A stretch of DNA of 64,000 nucleotides from Antedon mediterranea. Lineage: Eukaryota > Animalia > Echinodermata. Below the pieces are notes generated by a model. That model saw only the letters and a list, made by a program, of their open reading frames with translations. It ran no database searches and had not been told where the DNA came from. The position numbers and the translations under genes were made by a program. The DNA is taken from assembly GCF_964355755.1 (NCBI RefSeq), contig NC_092677.1:25469175-25533174 (forward strand). Direction: 5' to 3'. This document shows, in pieces, positions 11,501-24,400 of this stretch (positions are counted from its first letter, which is position 1; the number at the start of each line of letters is the position of its first letter).

Positions 11501-14500
11501 TTGAACATACCAAAGCCTCTTGATTCACTGAAATAAATATATATTTGGTGTTAGTCAAAGAGCTATCACAACAGTAAGTTGTTTCTAAGCATGCACAGGG
11601 AGAGAAGGCAGTTAAATATCTTATAACAAAATTAAAATGTTTGGTATGCTTTAAAGCTCTGTCCACACTATCAAACTTTATGTGACAAATTAATGTGATG
11701 TACCCATATATGAACATGATGATGTCATATCACTACCATATTTGGGTATAATATCACAACCATATTTGGGCACATCACACTTTTTTTCGTCAACTAAAGT
11801 AGTTTGATAGTGTAAAAAGAGCTTAAGTCTAATGCCTCAACTCTTTGTGTAATCGTTTTTCATTGGCCAATGAAACTTACGTTGATTTTGGTTTGCTTCC
11901 ATGTTCTTCCTCTACTTCATCTTCTTCTCCTCCGCTTGATTCATCATCAATGTTCTGTAATGCTCCTCTCATTGTACCAACATACTTTTGCTGCAAATAA
12001 ATGTTAATAAAAAGCTATTTATTGCTTTCATTTCTGTCTATAAAAGCATATTGTTAAAGATATAATCTTTGTCCCACTAAAAAAATAATTTGTTTTTGCT
12101 TAATATGTCATTTTATGTCACATAAGAGTTATTCACTTTGAACAAAAACTGGATCAAAAAACAAATCATTTACCTAAAAAAAATGTAATTTAAAGCAAAA
12201 AATACTTAAATTGTCTGTCAAACAATGTTTTTTTTGTTTAAATTAACTGTTTCTTTTGTCTTTTTATAAGTGAAATAATTATTTTTGTTGGTTTATTTTT
12301 CTACAGAAGTGAATAACTTTATTAAACTGCAAAATAGCCTATTCAAATTCTGATTTTAGTAATCTTCATTTTTTATGTTTTTGGGGGACAATACATCTTT
12401 AATTTATTGTTGACATATGAATTGATTCAATTTTGTGTGGAGGGTTGAATATGAAATACTCACGTCATCTGCTACTTTATCATTGATTGGTATTTGGTTG
12501 TCTATTCCATTGCTATCACCTGTACTGTTGCTGTAGTCCAAATCGGGCTGGTCACTACTTGTCCCTCCGTTCTCCCATTTGCGGTCCTGCTTTGGACGCT
12601 TACTCTTAGTTACTGGTTTACTAAACATTTGCAAATACATAATAAATGTTTTGAAAAATTGTATGGTGGAAAAAAATTAATGAATGCTTGATTAAATAAA
12701 AAATACTGGATTTTACAAACTCTTTTAAAAATTTAACTCATTCTAATTTAAGTGTAAATTAGGATTTTCAATTTTAAGTAAATTCTTGTTGTTAATTGTT
12801 AAATTGTTAATTTAATTTGTTGTATAATGTCTTACGGCAAAAAAAAAAACACAATTGAGGTGAACGAGTATTACTGTGATTAAATAAAGTTTATTATTAT
12901 GTTTACTGTTTAACCAGGCTGGATAAAAAAATAATGAATGTCCACATTACAGTATGTACGCCCTGAATTATGCGATATTTTAAAAACCTATAACACTTAC
13001 ACAGGTGCTGGCTTCTCTTTCTTCTTCTTTGGCCCGAACAATTTAGCACGGTTGCGATTAATAGTCTCCTCATCCAGAACTACGTCGTCATTGTTGGCAT
13101 CCCCGACTGGGTTGACAATTACTTCTTTTTTGGGCGCTACAAAATGATTAAAATAGTTTAGTTGAAACAGAATATGTTTCGTGGTATGAATACAAAAATA
13201 CTAACCAGTTGAATACAGCTCTGTCTACACTATCAAGCTAGTTTGACAAAAAAAGGTGTGATGTGGTATGATGTCATCATGTCCATATACGTGCACATCA
13301 TGAGGAATCATCATATGATAGAACATGTAATAGAATATACCGGAGGGACACACAAGCATTGCTTTAGATGTCCAAGATCAAGGTAAATCAAGGTAAATCA
13401 CATTTTTTTTGTCACATAAAGTTTTATAGTGTAGACAGAGCTTTATACAATCAAAAGCAGTATAAATTGAAGAACTACAGACTATTAATATATGCAAAGT
13501 ATATGCAAATTAGATGCAAATACCTTTCTTGTTTTTAGTTTCCTTTTCCTCCTTCTTATTTTCTTTTATCATTGACTGTATCGTCTTCTTAGATTTTAGA
13601 GATTCCCCAAAAGTTTTCATCTGCAAAAAAAAATAAATAAAAATGATTGATTATAAATAGAGTTACTACAGGTCTCAGAGGCTAGATAATAATGTGAAAA
13701 AACATCATTAAGTTTCACTACATTTAATTGTATTTAATTCGAATCAATTCAACTTAACATTTATTTCTTCCTTCAAGAAAATGAGGTAAACATAATACAT
13801 TCCAGTAAAATTTATAACAAGTCAATTGATGATACAGTTATCAATAAGAGGAAGCTTTGTCTACACTATCAAACTTCATATAACAAAGAAATGTGATGTG
13901 CCCATATGTGGACATGATGATGTCATATCACTACCATATTTGGGAAGTGTAGACAGAGCTTAATACTGTACCTGTATCTTTGTAACTACTCTACTAGAAT
14001 CTTCAGCCTCCTTCAGCATCTGCTGAAAGCAACTATTAAAATCAAAGCTTCCGTAAAGATTGTTGGTATACAGGTCATCTTTGTAAAGGTCACGGAACTG
14101 ACGGTGAACATCGTCCAGAAATTTATCAATGTATGACAGGGTCAAAATCTTTTGGTAGGCGACCTAAAAAAACAGGAAATGTTATTTATTATTACAGTAC
14201 TGTTATAAAATATAAAAAGCCTAGATATCTATCCAAGCTTAGTGGTAGTGTTACAAGTGATAGCATGCCATAGAGATATTATAATATCTCTAGGCAATAG
14301 GAGAGAATCAGATGCCATAGAGATATTATAATATCTATATGGCAATAGGAGAGAATCAGATAGCAAGATGATTTAGTTTGGTTTTAACATTTAGAAGCAT
14401 TGTCAGCTAAAACTTCTTAAATGAGGAGAAGCTTCTTTATATATTAAAAATTAAAACGTTCTAAAATGTACATTGAGTTGACATGTAGAACTTACCACGA

Positions 14501-15091
14501 ATACAAGTTCAAACTCATTATCAAGTTTGTACTTTAGGGTCAACTGACCATGGTTGTAGGTGTTAGTGCCACCTCTCTCCTGTAATTATAAAATAATGTA
14601 AAAAAGGTTATTTAATTGATCCAACACAGTCAACAACAGGCAGTAAAATTGTCACGATTCCGATGTGCCTAAAACTAAAAAAGTCTAAATTTAAACAATT
14701 TTAACATATTTTTTATTACATCATGATTAAAAATTATGATAAAATTAAGGCATAACTAAATGAGACTATAAATACATTGCCTATGTAAGTTTCAAAACCT
14801 TTTTAGAATCAATTACACTTAGCTAGGCCTAGGCCGTAAACTTTCTAATTAACAACAACATCACAGGCGCAGCACGCACTCTCTACTTTGATCCCACAGC
14901 ATGTGTACAATTAACCGCTAGAAAACCAAATTGTTGGGCCTAGAGAAATCAAAGAAAAATCATACCTGTAAAATAACGTTTTTGATCAGTTCATTGACAG
15001 ATGGTCCATAGGACTGGCAGATTCCCTGGACATGTTGAAAGCACCATAAAACTATCCCACCCTTACTGAAAATTGTAAATAAATCTAACAT
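8529..15091 (-). CDS. SRPRA: Signal recognition particle receptor subunit alpha (14 exons)
   Basis: N-terminus [18 protein letters not shown] (15091-14966), then [36 protein letters not shown], GTPase motifs [67 protein letters not shown] and stop after NALLKA. Approximate GT-AG exons: 14966-15091, 14496-14579, 13972-14163, 13524-13620, 13001-13136, 12464-12620, 11881-11990, 11415-11527, 10353-10439, 10060-10232, 9594-9807, 9421-9507, 8761-8937, 8529-8657. Confidence 0.97.
8985..9402. repeat. Intronic minisatellite built from gtagctata(g)gcact / agtactatgagtag units
   Basis: Direct tandem repetition filling most of a SRPRA intron, with a higher-order ~72-bp repeat near 9203-9400. Confidence 0.85.
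10276..10340. repeat. 18-bp tandem repeat (gcaaatcacctttatcac) x~3.5
   Basis: Seen directly in a small SRPRA intron. Confidence 0.85.
10673..11352. repeat. Tandem array of four MITE copies with duplicated flank (ttaattaagagaaacataatggt)
   Basis: The same spacer follows copies at ~10812, ~10967 and ~11165. Copies 2 and 3 share private variants (gacgtcatcttacccacat, taatgttcgata). Confidence 0.8.
12056..12402. mobile_element. Kolobok-like non-autonomous DNA transposon
   Basis: TTAA-AGAT..TGTCCC ... GGGACAATACATCT-TTAA ends. Related copies at 18325-18877, ~20600-20910, 32889-33110, 37885-38125, 54733-55022, 58909-59257. Confidence 0.65.
14268..14363. repeat. 46-bp tandem duplication containing the palindrome agatattataatatct
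   Basis: gccatagagatattataatatct..ggcaataggagagaatcagat occurs twice. Confidence 0.8.
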
Positions 15092-15404
15092 ATTGAATTG
15101 TTTCGTGGCGATTGCACAGAACTTTTTGTGTGGTTTTGTGTCATGCGCATATTACTTGGTGATTACGTAATCAATATTTTAGAAAAAAAGTAGAGGGCCA
15201 TCGATCTTCGATGACGACCTTTGACTTATGTAACACGCTTGAGTGAGCAAACACACAACATGCGATTTATCGATCAAACACCTGGCGAAGGCGGTGATGA
15301 GATGTATGTAGCTAGGCCTTTTCATCCAAAGAAAAGAAACAATACCCTTGTTTTCGTCTATTGTATTTTATAAAGTACCTTTGGTATTGTGTGTGCATCA
15401 GACC
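15092..15404. promoter_or_regulatory. Putative bidirectional promoter of SRPRA and the GLB1L-like gene
   Basis: Divergent ATGs ~310 bp apart. Contains palindrome gattacgtaatc (PAR/bZIP-like), tgcgca, tagagggc and gacctttgac motifs. Confidence 0.65.
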
Positions 15405-18400
15405 ATGATAAAGTCATCTTTCAAAATGTCGAGGGTGTCACTTAGACCTGTCCACGTATTGCGATGGCTCTGTGTAACTCTTGCAATTGTAGGCCTCTTA
15501 TTTTGGCTTTGGGAGAGAAGAGAGTATCACATTGAAGAAGCACAGCGCGTGGCTGGACCAGTTGCACGAAACATCAATCCACCGTCCTTACAAAATACAG
15601 GAAGACAGTTCACCATTAATGGTAAAAATGTCTTGCTTCTTGGAGGTAGCCTGCACTATTTTAGGGTTGTGCCTGAATACTGGAGGGACAGAATGATGAA
15701 GATGAAGGCATGCGGCCTCAACACAATTACAACGTAAGAATATGTAATTAATATTCAATCGAATATTCTTAATAATAATATTTTTTTAATCTTTACAGTA
15801 CTTTTTTATTGATGAGTATGATTTACACAATTTCGCAAAGAAATAATATATAATAAAAATAAAATATAAAACTGCATAATTTATTAATTGCACAGACAGT
15901 GAGTTATGTATCAAATTTATTTTATAATTATATAATTTATTTAATTATTTACAGTAAGAAGTACATATTATTACTATTTTATTTAAATGAACTTATCTCT
16001 GTCGATTATGTATATTGAAACTGGGAGCTTTTTATTTTCACATTAAATTCCATAGTTACGTTCCATGGAATATGCATGAGGAAGTACGAGGCGAATTTGA
16101 TTTTAAAGGAATTCTGGATATTGTGTAAGTCTCTTACTGTTTATGCTAATAGGGAGGTTTCGCCACCTGACGAATACGAAAACGGATACGTCACACATTT
16201 GTGAAACTTTTGAGCTGATCCCCATTTCATATTCGTAAAGCGTATTCGTGTTGACGAATATCATCAGTCATATTCGTAACTACAAAACGAGTATAGTTTT
16301 TGATCTATTTTGCACATGTTTGCATTTGAATCAGGAATGATTCACGATTATGATATAATTATAGATTTATTGAAAGTAATTTACTAAAGTAATTTACTAA
16401 AATGCCAGGTCAATTTTGATAAATAGCAATTTTTAGCTTTGATTATGCTAGGCCTAGGCAGCCAAGCACCATGTACATGCACTTTGCTCAAGTTTACCGC
16501 AGTCATATTTTGGACGGCGCCTTCAATATTTTGTTGCCATGAGAAACAAATTTATACTCTATTATGAAAAAAAAATACGTGTGCGTGACGTATCTGTTTT
16601 CGTTATCGTATTCGTAAGAGGAAGTACGAGGCGAATTTGATTTTAAAGGAATTCTGGATATTGTGTAAGTCTCTTACTGCTTATGCTAATATGAACATAA
16701 ATACAAATTTATATCTTTTGTAATAATATTTGTATTAATAATGTTTTATTTTAAACCTGCTAAAAGACATAAAAAAGCAACACAAAAGCATTTGTTAACA
16801 GATGTTGCGATTTCCCAAAGTTATTGTAACATGTTGTTAAAATGAAATTGTTATTCAAATAAAAAATTTTATAAAATTAAAGGTAGTAAACGGCTGCATA
16901 ATGGCTGCATGTAAATAAATAAATTTACACAGACAAGCGGAAACGGTAATACAGAATATAGGATCTATGTTATTCCTTATGACCATGTACAACAACGATG
17001 TGGAGCGGTTCCGCTCAGGATAGATACAGATTCTATGTTACCGCTTGTCTGTGTCAATTGGCCTTAACAAGGTATCTAGTAAAATGAAATTATTAAATGA
17101 AAAAAGACTTATTGAAAAAAAAAATTTTTTTTAATAAATAATGAAAAACAAGAAACATTTAAAATTTTTTTTGTTTATAGTCAATTAGGATGATCTGTCT
17201 TATTTTGATTACTGTATACTTAGTATTTTCATTAGTCCTATAATTTTTTTCCAGGGCTTTTCTACGTCTTGCAATGGAGTTAGATTTCTATGTCATTCTT
17301 AGACCTGGTCCATATATCTGTGCCGAGTGGGAATTTGGTGGCTTACCTAGGTACGTAAATGTTCTTTTTTTATAGTAACACTTTGACTGCCAGAGGTTTT
17401 TCCAGTTAGAAACTGCCACCGCCAGCGTTTTTAGCCCAATTTGATGTTTTTATTAAAGCTGATTGAAACTATGTATGCGATCTGATTTATATGTAATTTA
17501 GACTAAAATAATAATAAAGATTTTAGCTTTACAATGGTACCAAGAACGATTTTCAAATCGCAATATGTAAATCGTAATAGTAAAATAAAAGTAACCCACT
17601 TTTTTAGTTTTTCGTAGTTTCGCGCAAGAAAGTCGAGATACGAAGATCTTCGTGTTTGGCAGTCAAAGTGTTAATGTAGTAATTTTCACTTAATTTTATT
17701 TCACTTATTTAATTTAATTTTTTACGTATTAAATTATTTTTTGAAATTTAAAAGAAACAGTTGTGAATGTATTTGACATTGAACAGCAAATTTTAATTAA
17801 TTGAATAAAAATGATTAACAATTGTATCTGTCTAGACTATCAAACTAGTTTGACAAAAAAAGAGTAATGTGCCCAAATACGGTAATGATATGCTTATTTA
17901 TGGTATTGATGTGACATCATGTCCATATATAGGCACATCACATAAAGTTTGATAGTGTGGACAGAGCTTTAAAGCAAAAATAGATAATTAATAGGTTATA
18001 CATCTTTCTTTACAGCTGGCTTTTGCATGACCCAGATATGAAAATAAGGTCAACATATCCACTGTTTTTAGATGCTGTTGAAAATTACTTTGATAGGCTC
18101 CTCCCACTTGTGCGACCTTACCAGGTAAATAGTTACATCTGAAAACAGCAAAATTATCTTCGAAAAATGCTTTTATCTGGTTTTTGTAAGATCATTTTAA
18201 TCCAGACCTTTTAATTTGAATTGCCCTGTGTGGGATGATTAAAGAATATTGAATTGAATTGAATTTTATATTAACTATCTTCACGTCATTACGATTATAA
18301 CATAATTAATGTTTCTTTTTTATTAAAGATGTATTGTCCCTTTGACTAATTCCAAAAAAATAAAAAATAAAAGATTTCGAAAAAAGGTGGGTCATTTTGA

Positions 18401-21400
18401 AGTATCATAATAGTTATTAACTATCACCAAAAATTTTTCAAAAAAAAAAAAATTTAACTGAAATACAGACGTTTTTTTGTTAAAAAAATAACTTTGACTT
18501 CCAGTCAAAGTTTTCAATCAAAACATATCCCATAATGAAACGCACTTGTTTGGCTACTCTGTATACATAATCATAAAACTTTCTCATGATCTGTGTGAAA
18601 ATACCTTCTTAACCGTGACGAGTTGTAAACAATCCTAATTTAGCATATGCATAATGCGTACTCATGGTTTGAAATCTTTGTTTACTTTCGCTCGTGACGA
18701 TTTTCCAGATGAAATGTAATTAAACTAATTTACCTGTTAATTACGTAAACTTGTTGTTTTTGGCTCGAATTTTCGACTTAAAGTGAATAACTTTAATATT
18801 ACTTTGATATGGCCACTTTAAATTTAGAATATTTTGACTTTCATTTTTTTGTGTTTCAAGGGACAATACATCTTTAAAGTATATGATTAGTGATAAAAAA
18901 ACATTCTGCTTCTTTTGTTTAGTATCATCTTGGTGGGCCTATTATTGCCGTCCAAGTTGAGAATGAATACGGCCATTTTGGATCTGATGTTAGTTACATG
19001 ACAGCAATTAAGGATGTAAGAAACATTATACATTTATTTGATGTAAAGCTCTGTCTGCACTATCAAAAAGTGTGATGTGCCCAAATATGGTAGTGATATG
19101 CCCAAATATGCTAGTGATATGCTCAAATATGCTAGTGATATGCTCAAATATGCTAGTGATATGACATCATCATGTCCATATATGAGCACATCACATTTTT
19201 TTCTAACATACAGTTGGATCGTGTAGACAAAGCTTTTAGGAAACATTGAACATTGTAGGCATATTTTATTACAGTACTTTAGTCATTGATACTTTAAAAT
19301 TAAAAACTATTTCCTCATAATTTCAATTTATTTTATTTCTAAATACCATTGTTTGTTTATTCAGAAAAAAATTGCATCCATTTTAATTTTATCTATTTTT
19401 ATTTATTTCATTTTTCCAGACATTAATCAAAAGAGGGATCAAGGAGCTGCTGGTGACATCTGATGCCACTGAACTCCTCAAGCAAGGGTCTGTACCAGGA
19501 GGTTAGTAGTCGATGAAAAATGACCTGTTATGTTTCTTACAGTATCTGAATGCTAGAATAACACAGTAGAATCCTCCCATCTTAAACAGTGTCTACACTA
19601 TCAAACTTTATGTGACAAGAATATGTGATATGCCCATATATGGACGATGATATCACTACTATATTTGGGTATATCACTACCATATTTGGGCACATCACAC
19701 TTTTGTTGTCAAACTAGTTTGATAGTGTGGACAGAGCTTTAGAAAAAATAACCATTAATGTTTCTCTTAACTAAATCTCTGTCTATACTATCACATATTA
19801 TGTGATGTGACAAAAAAATGTGATGTGCCCATATGACTGGTGATATTCGTCAACACGAATACGCTTTACGAATATGAAATGGGGATCAGCTCAAAAGTTT
19901 CACAAAGTTAGCAATGTTATCACCACCAGATGGACTTTGAAATGGATGACTGTTAGGGAGCAGAACAGATGTGACCATACTTCATTTGAGAAGTCACTTT
20001 ATGGGTCAATTTTTTAAACGAAGTAGTATAATTATTAATTTGAATATTTAGTATGTTTTGTTTGCAACATGATTTTAATTGGTACTGATTCTCTGTATGC
20101 AATATAGAATGTGCCCATCGAAAATTCTTGTATATTTAAGATATTTTAAGTTATATAACTTGCTATAAAAGCTGTATATTTTTAAGATCAACAATTTGAC
20201 CAAAACAAAAGTCAAGTGAAACTTGTGTATCAAACTGTTATTGTTAAGCTCTGTCTACACTATCAAACTTTATGTGATGTGCCCATAATGGACATGATGA
20301 TGTCATATCACTACCATCTTTGGGCACATCACACTTTTTTTAGTCAAACTAGACTTTCTGTTGTCAGTTTTTTGTCAAACTAGTTTGATAGTGTGGACAG
20401 AGCTGTATGTCAGTAGATAAAGTATTCTTCTGTTTCTTCTTTTTTTTCAGCTTTAATGACCGGTAATTTCCAAAAAGATGCAGAAAAACATTTTACAAAT
20501 ATCAAGAAAATACAGGTTAGTTCTGAGAGAGTTTACAAGATAATGAGGTTTGGAAGCATGTATTTGGACTAAATATGTTATTTTTTAATCAGAATAATGT
20601 TTAGAAATGTATAGCACCCCCCTGAAAAAGAATTTGTTGTTGAATATGCCATTTTAATAATAGTTATTCACTTTAAACTACAATTAGATCGGAAAAAAAA
20701 AATAATTTACCTGAAAAAAAATGTAATTTAAAGCAAACCATATTAAGCCAATGGGTTTTTGGTTGAATTTTATTTTGTCATTTTATAAGCAGAAACATTT
20801 TTTCAGGTTTTTTTTTGTACGGGAGCTGTTAAAACTATAAAATGGCATATTCAAAGTCTGATTTTATTAATCTACATATCTCATGTTTTTGGGGGACAAT
20901 ACATCTTTAATAATATTATTCATTTTTCAGGGTGATGATAAGCCATTAATGGTAATGGAATTCTGGCCTGGATGGTTTGACCATTGGACAGAACAACACC
21001 ACACATATCCCTCACAAGGTAGTACGGTTTTCTTGAATTTAATTAAAGGTTTAACAAGGTTAATATGTTAAAAAAAATTAAATTCAGATTTCTTTATGGT
21101 GTAGTTGCTACCACATTTATGGAAAAAATGTCAAAATCAGCACTGTGGTCATGTTCAAGAAATAGGAAGTCTTTGCCATTCCAACTCCCCCCCCCCCCAT
21201 CCTTTTACTAACCATACTATGTTTTTTTTTGCATCCTGGATAATTAATTTATTTTCATTTTGACATTTAGAGGTTTTTAATTTTACAGGACTTATTCCAG
21301 CTGTAAGTGAAGTGTTAAAGGCTGGGGCCTCTATCAACTTCTACATGTTTCATGGCGGGACAAACTTTGGGTTTTGGAATGGTGCCAATATCCATCATCA

Positions 21401-24400
21401 GGTCTATCAACCAGATGTAACAAGCTATGGTGTGTAAACATTTTTTAATTTATTTGAGCGCCTTGCTTGTTTAGTCGTTTAAATGACTCTGTTATCATCA
21501 TCATTGAAAAAAAAGGTGATCCATCCTAGCATTATATAGATATAATGAACATATATGGTCACGTCCATACCATATTTGGGCAAATACTTAACATATAAAA
21601 ATCAAAACTTATTTGTTTATTTTTGATTTCAGATTATGATGCTCCACTATCGGAATCTGGTGATGCAACCGAAAAATTCTTTAAGATTAAACAACTTTTG
21701 AAAGAAGAAACTAAAGGAGTTGGTATGTAGTTATAAAGTGTATTTTTTACCTCAGTTTCTGCAGTAATGTTATGATGTTCAGTAACTATAATGATGTTAA
21801 TAAAGAAACTATTATAACAAATACAGTCAACTCTCCCAATACCGGACACCCTTGGGCGGGCATATATTTTCCGGTTTTTCGAAAGTCCGGTTTCCTGAAA
21901 ACATATTTTTAAAGTCATCACGTTGTCACCGAATGCTGCCCGGTACGGTCTCCTAGCGTAGGGAAGGCCTAGGCTAGGCTATGATTGTGTCAATCTAGTT
22001 TTAATTAAATAAATACTGATAGGCCTAGGCCTACTTTATTAATATTAAGCTACAGTAATTCAATTTACCTTTTTTAAAAGTTACATTATTTACTGTACCA
22101 ATAAAACATGTTACAATAGTAAATTATTGTTTCTCAATGTGTTTTTAACGGCAAAAAGGCCTACGTACGTACGTACGGTGAACATAATTTCGGTCTGTTT
22201 ATTGTTTTTCGTGAGCTAGCTAGCAGCAGCAGCATGGGTGAAGGGCTTTGATTGATGCGCATGTGCAGAGGTGTCATAATCAAATAAAAACGCCCACACC
22301 TAGACCACATGTTTTTTAAGCTCCTTTATTTTGACGTAATTTGATAGCAATGATGAAAATTGATTAGGTAAACGAGCCAAGCAATAATGACACAATAATT
22401 AATTGGTAACATTTCAAAGTTTATTAACACTAGTTAAGTCAAGTTCATTCCGTTTACGCTTTGCCATAATGATTTCCAAATTTATAATGATGCACATTTT
22501 TAGTCCCGTTTTTAGTGAAACATTTAAAGTCCTATTGCAATTGTGAATTTAACAATAATTTAAACAAAACAAAGACACAGGAATGTAAATTTAACTTTAT
22601 TAAAAAACAATTCATATGCTAAAAAACAGGGAGTTGTTAACAACTCCCTGCTAAAAACAATAGAGACATAGCGCTTCGATGTGAAAAAGCCCACCGCAGT
22701 TCGATACGCAACAAAGCAATTGCCGCCTCGTGGGTTAACAATGAACTGACCTGTCTATCACAGTGTAGTGCTCCATGGCAACATTATTTGATCGTACCGC
22801 GAAACGTCGCGCACTTCATGCATGGTGAGGGTATGGTTAAAAGCTTTTGTACATTGTGAATGTAGTGAATCCGAGTCAGCGACGACGATGTTACGTTGTT
22901 TTCGTAAATATTTGGAGTTTTTTAACCGTCAGTCCGGTTTTCAGACGCTAATTTTCGTGTTTTGTACTTCATAATTTGTCCGGATTCCGGAATTGGGTAT
23001 TCCGGTGTTCATAATAAATTACAGTACATTTAGAATAGGGACAAATTGGGCCCTCCAAAAAAGTCCGGTTTTTCGTGAATTCCGGTTTTGGGAGAGTCCG
23101 GTATTGGGAGAGTTGACTGTACAATAATATAGTATATTGTTTTATTTGTAGTTTTGTTTTCAACAAATTTCATTTGAATTTTATATTGTAGTTAATTGTA
23201 TATTATATTCTTAGTTCCAGGAAATTTGCCCAATGTTCCAGTTTCTGATAAAATTGCGTATGGTGACGTAAGCATGACGCATTATATCTCATTAGAGGAC
23301 ACACTGCCTCTTGTTGGTGTAAGTATAAATTCAATACCTCATTGTTTGACATATAATCTGACGTTATACTGTAGCGTAAGGCAGAGGCCCTTGGTTTAGT
23401 AACCTTAAGTGGACCTCCAATGAGGCCTGCCGTTTTTTAGCATCTTTTCGGCATATTTTAATGCTTGTTTTACCCTTTGGGCAGTGCTCACGGGCCCACA
23501 TAAGCTCTAGGGTCCCTGGGTTTAGCCAGTGAACGCTCGTAGCCGTTACACCTCTGACGTTATATTTCAGTATCTTATCTTCAATCGAAAAGACATTTTC
23601 TTTCTGTTGAATATGTTTAAACATTGTCTATATTTAAAAAAATAATACAGGCACCTTTTCAATCTGACAAAGTTATGTCAATGGAGATGCTACCCATTAA
23701 CAATAATGGAGGCCAAGGCTATGGGTACATACTGTACAGGACAAAAATTGCATCGTCAGCGAGCAAACTCGATTTTGTCCAAAAACCACATGATAGAGCT
23801 CAGGTAGGTTTTAGCTAATTTATCTGTTGTAGTAATGTGTAGGTATAATCCCACTTAAGGTCAATTCCACCACCTACTGTATGTCTGATTTCACAAGTAT
23901 ATCCCCAGGTATAGTCCCAGTATGAACTTTTGATCTTGATGTACAGTAGGCCTTGGTATAGCCTGTTCTGAAGAGTTTTACAAGAAATGCTTACCAATCA
24001 TTGTTTTCGGAACCAGGGTTTCCCTGATTGTAGTCCCATCTCAAAAGTTGGCCCAATTTCGTGTTCCAGTGGGGTGGGATTATACCGAAGGATATTCGGT
24101 AATAACTGAAAAATAATATATTGTATTGGTTTTTTTTGTTGTCATTTTTGTATTTTTAAGTTTATTGCTTGTTTTTTATTAGGTATTTTTAGGTGGACAC
24201 CCAGCTGGTGTTGTCGCACGAACAGGGACTAACTCTGTACCATTTCTCAACTTAGAAGTAAAAAAGGTATTCTTTGCTTATTACAGCCTGGTACTGGTTC
24301 AAGTAACCGTCTCTATAGAGACATCTGGTAGCCATTGACATCAAGTTGGCATTGGATTTTGTTTTGTTTTTTGAGAGTAACATACCTATACTAAGCTTAA

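Noticed and set aside
21824-23119. Autonomous transposon
   Set aside because: No transposase-like ORF between the TIRs.
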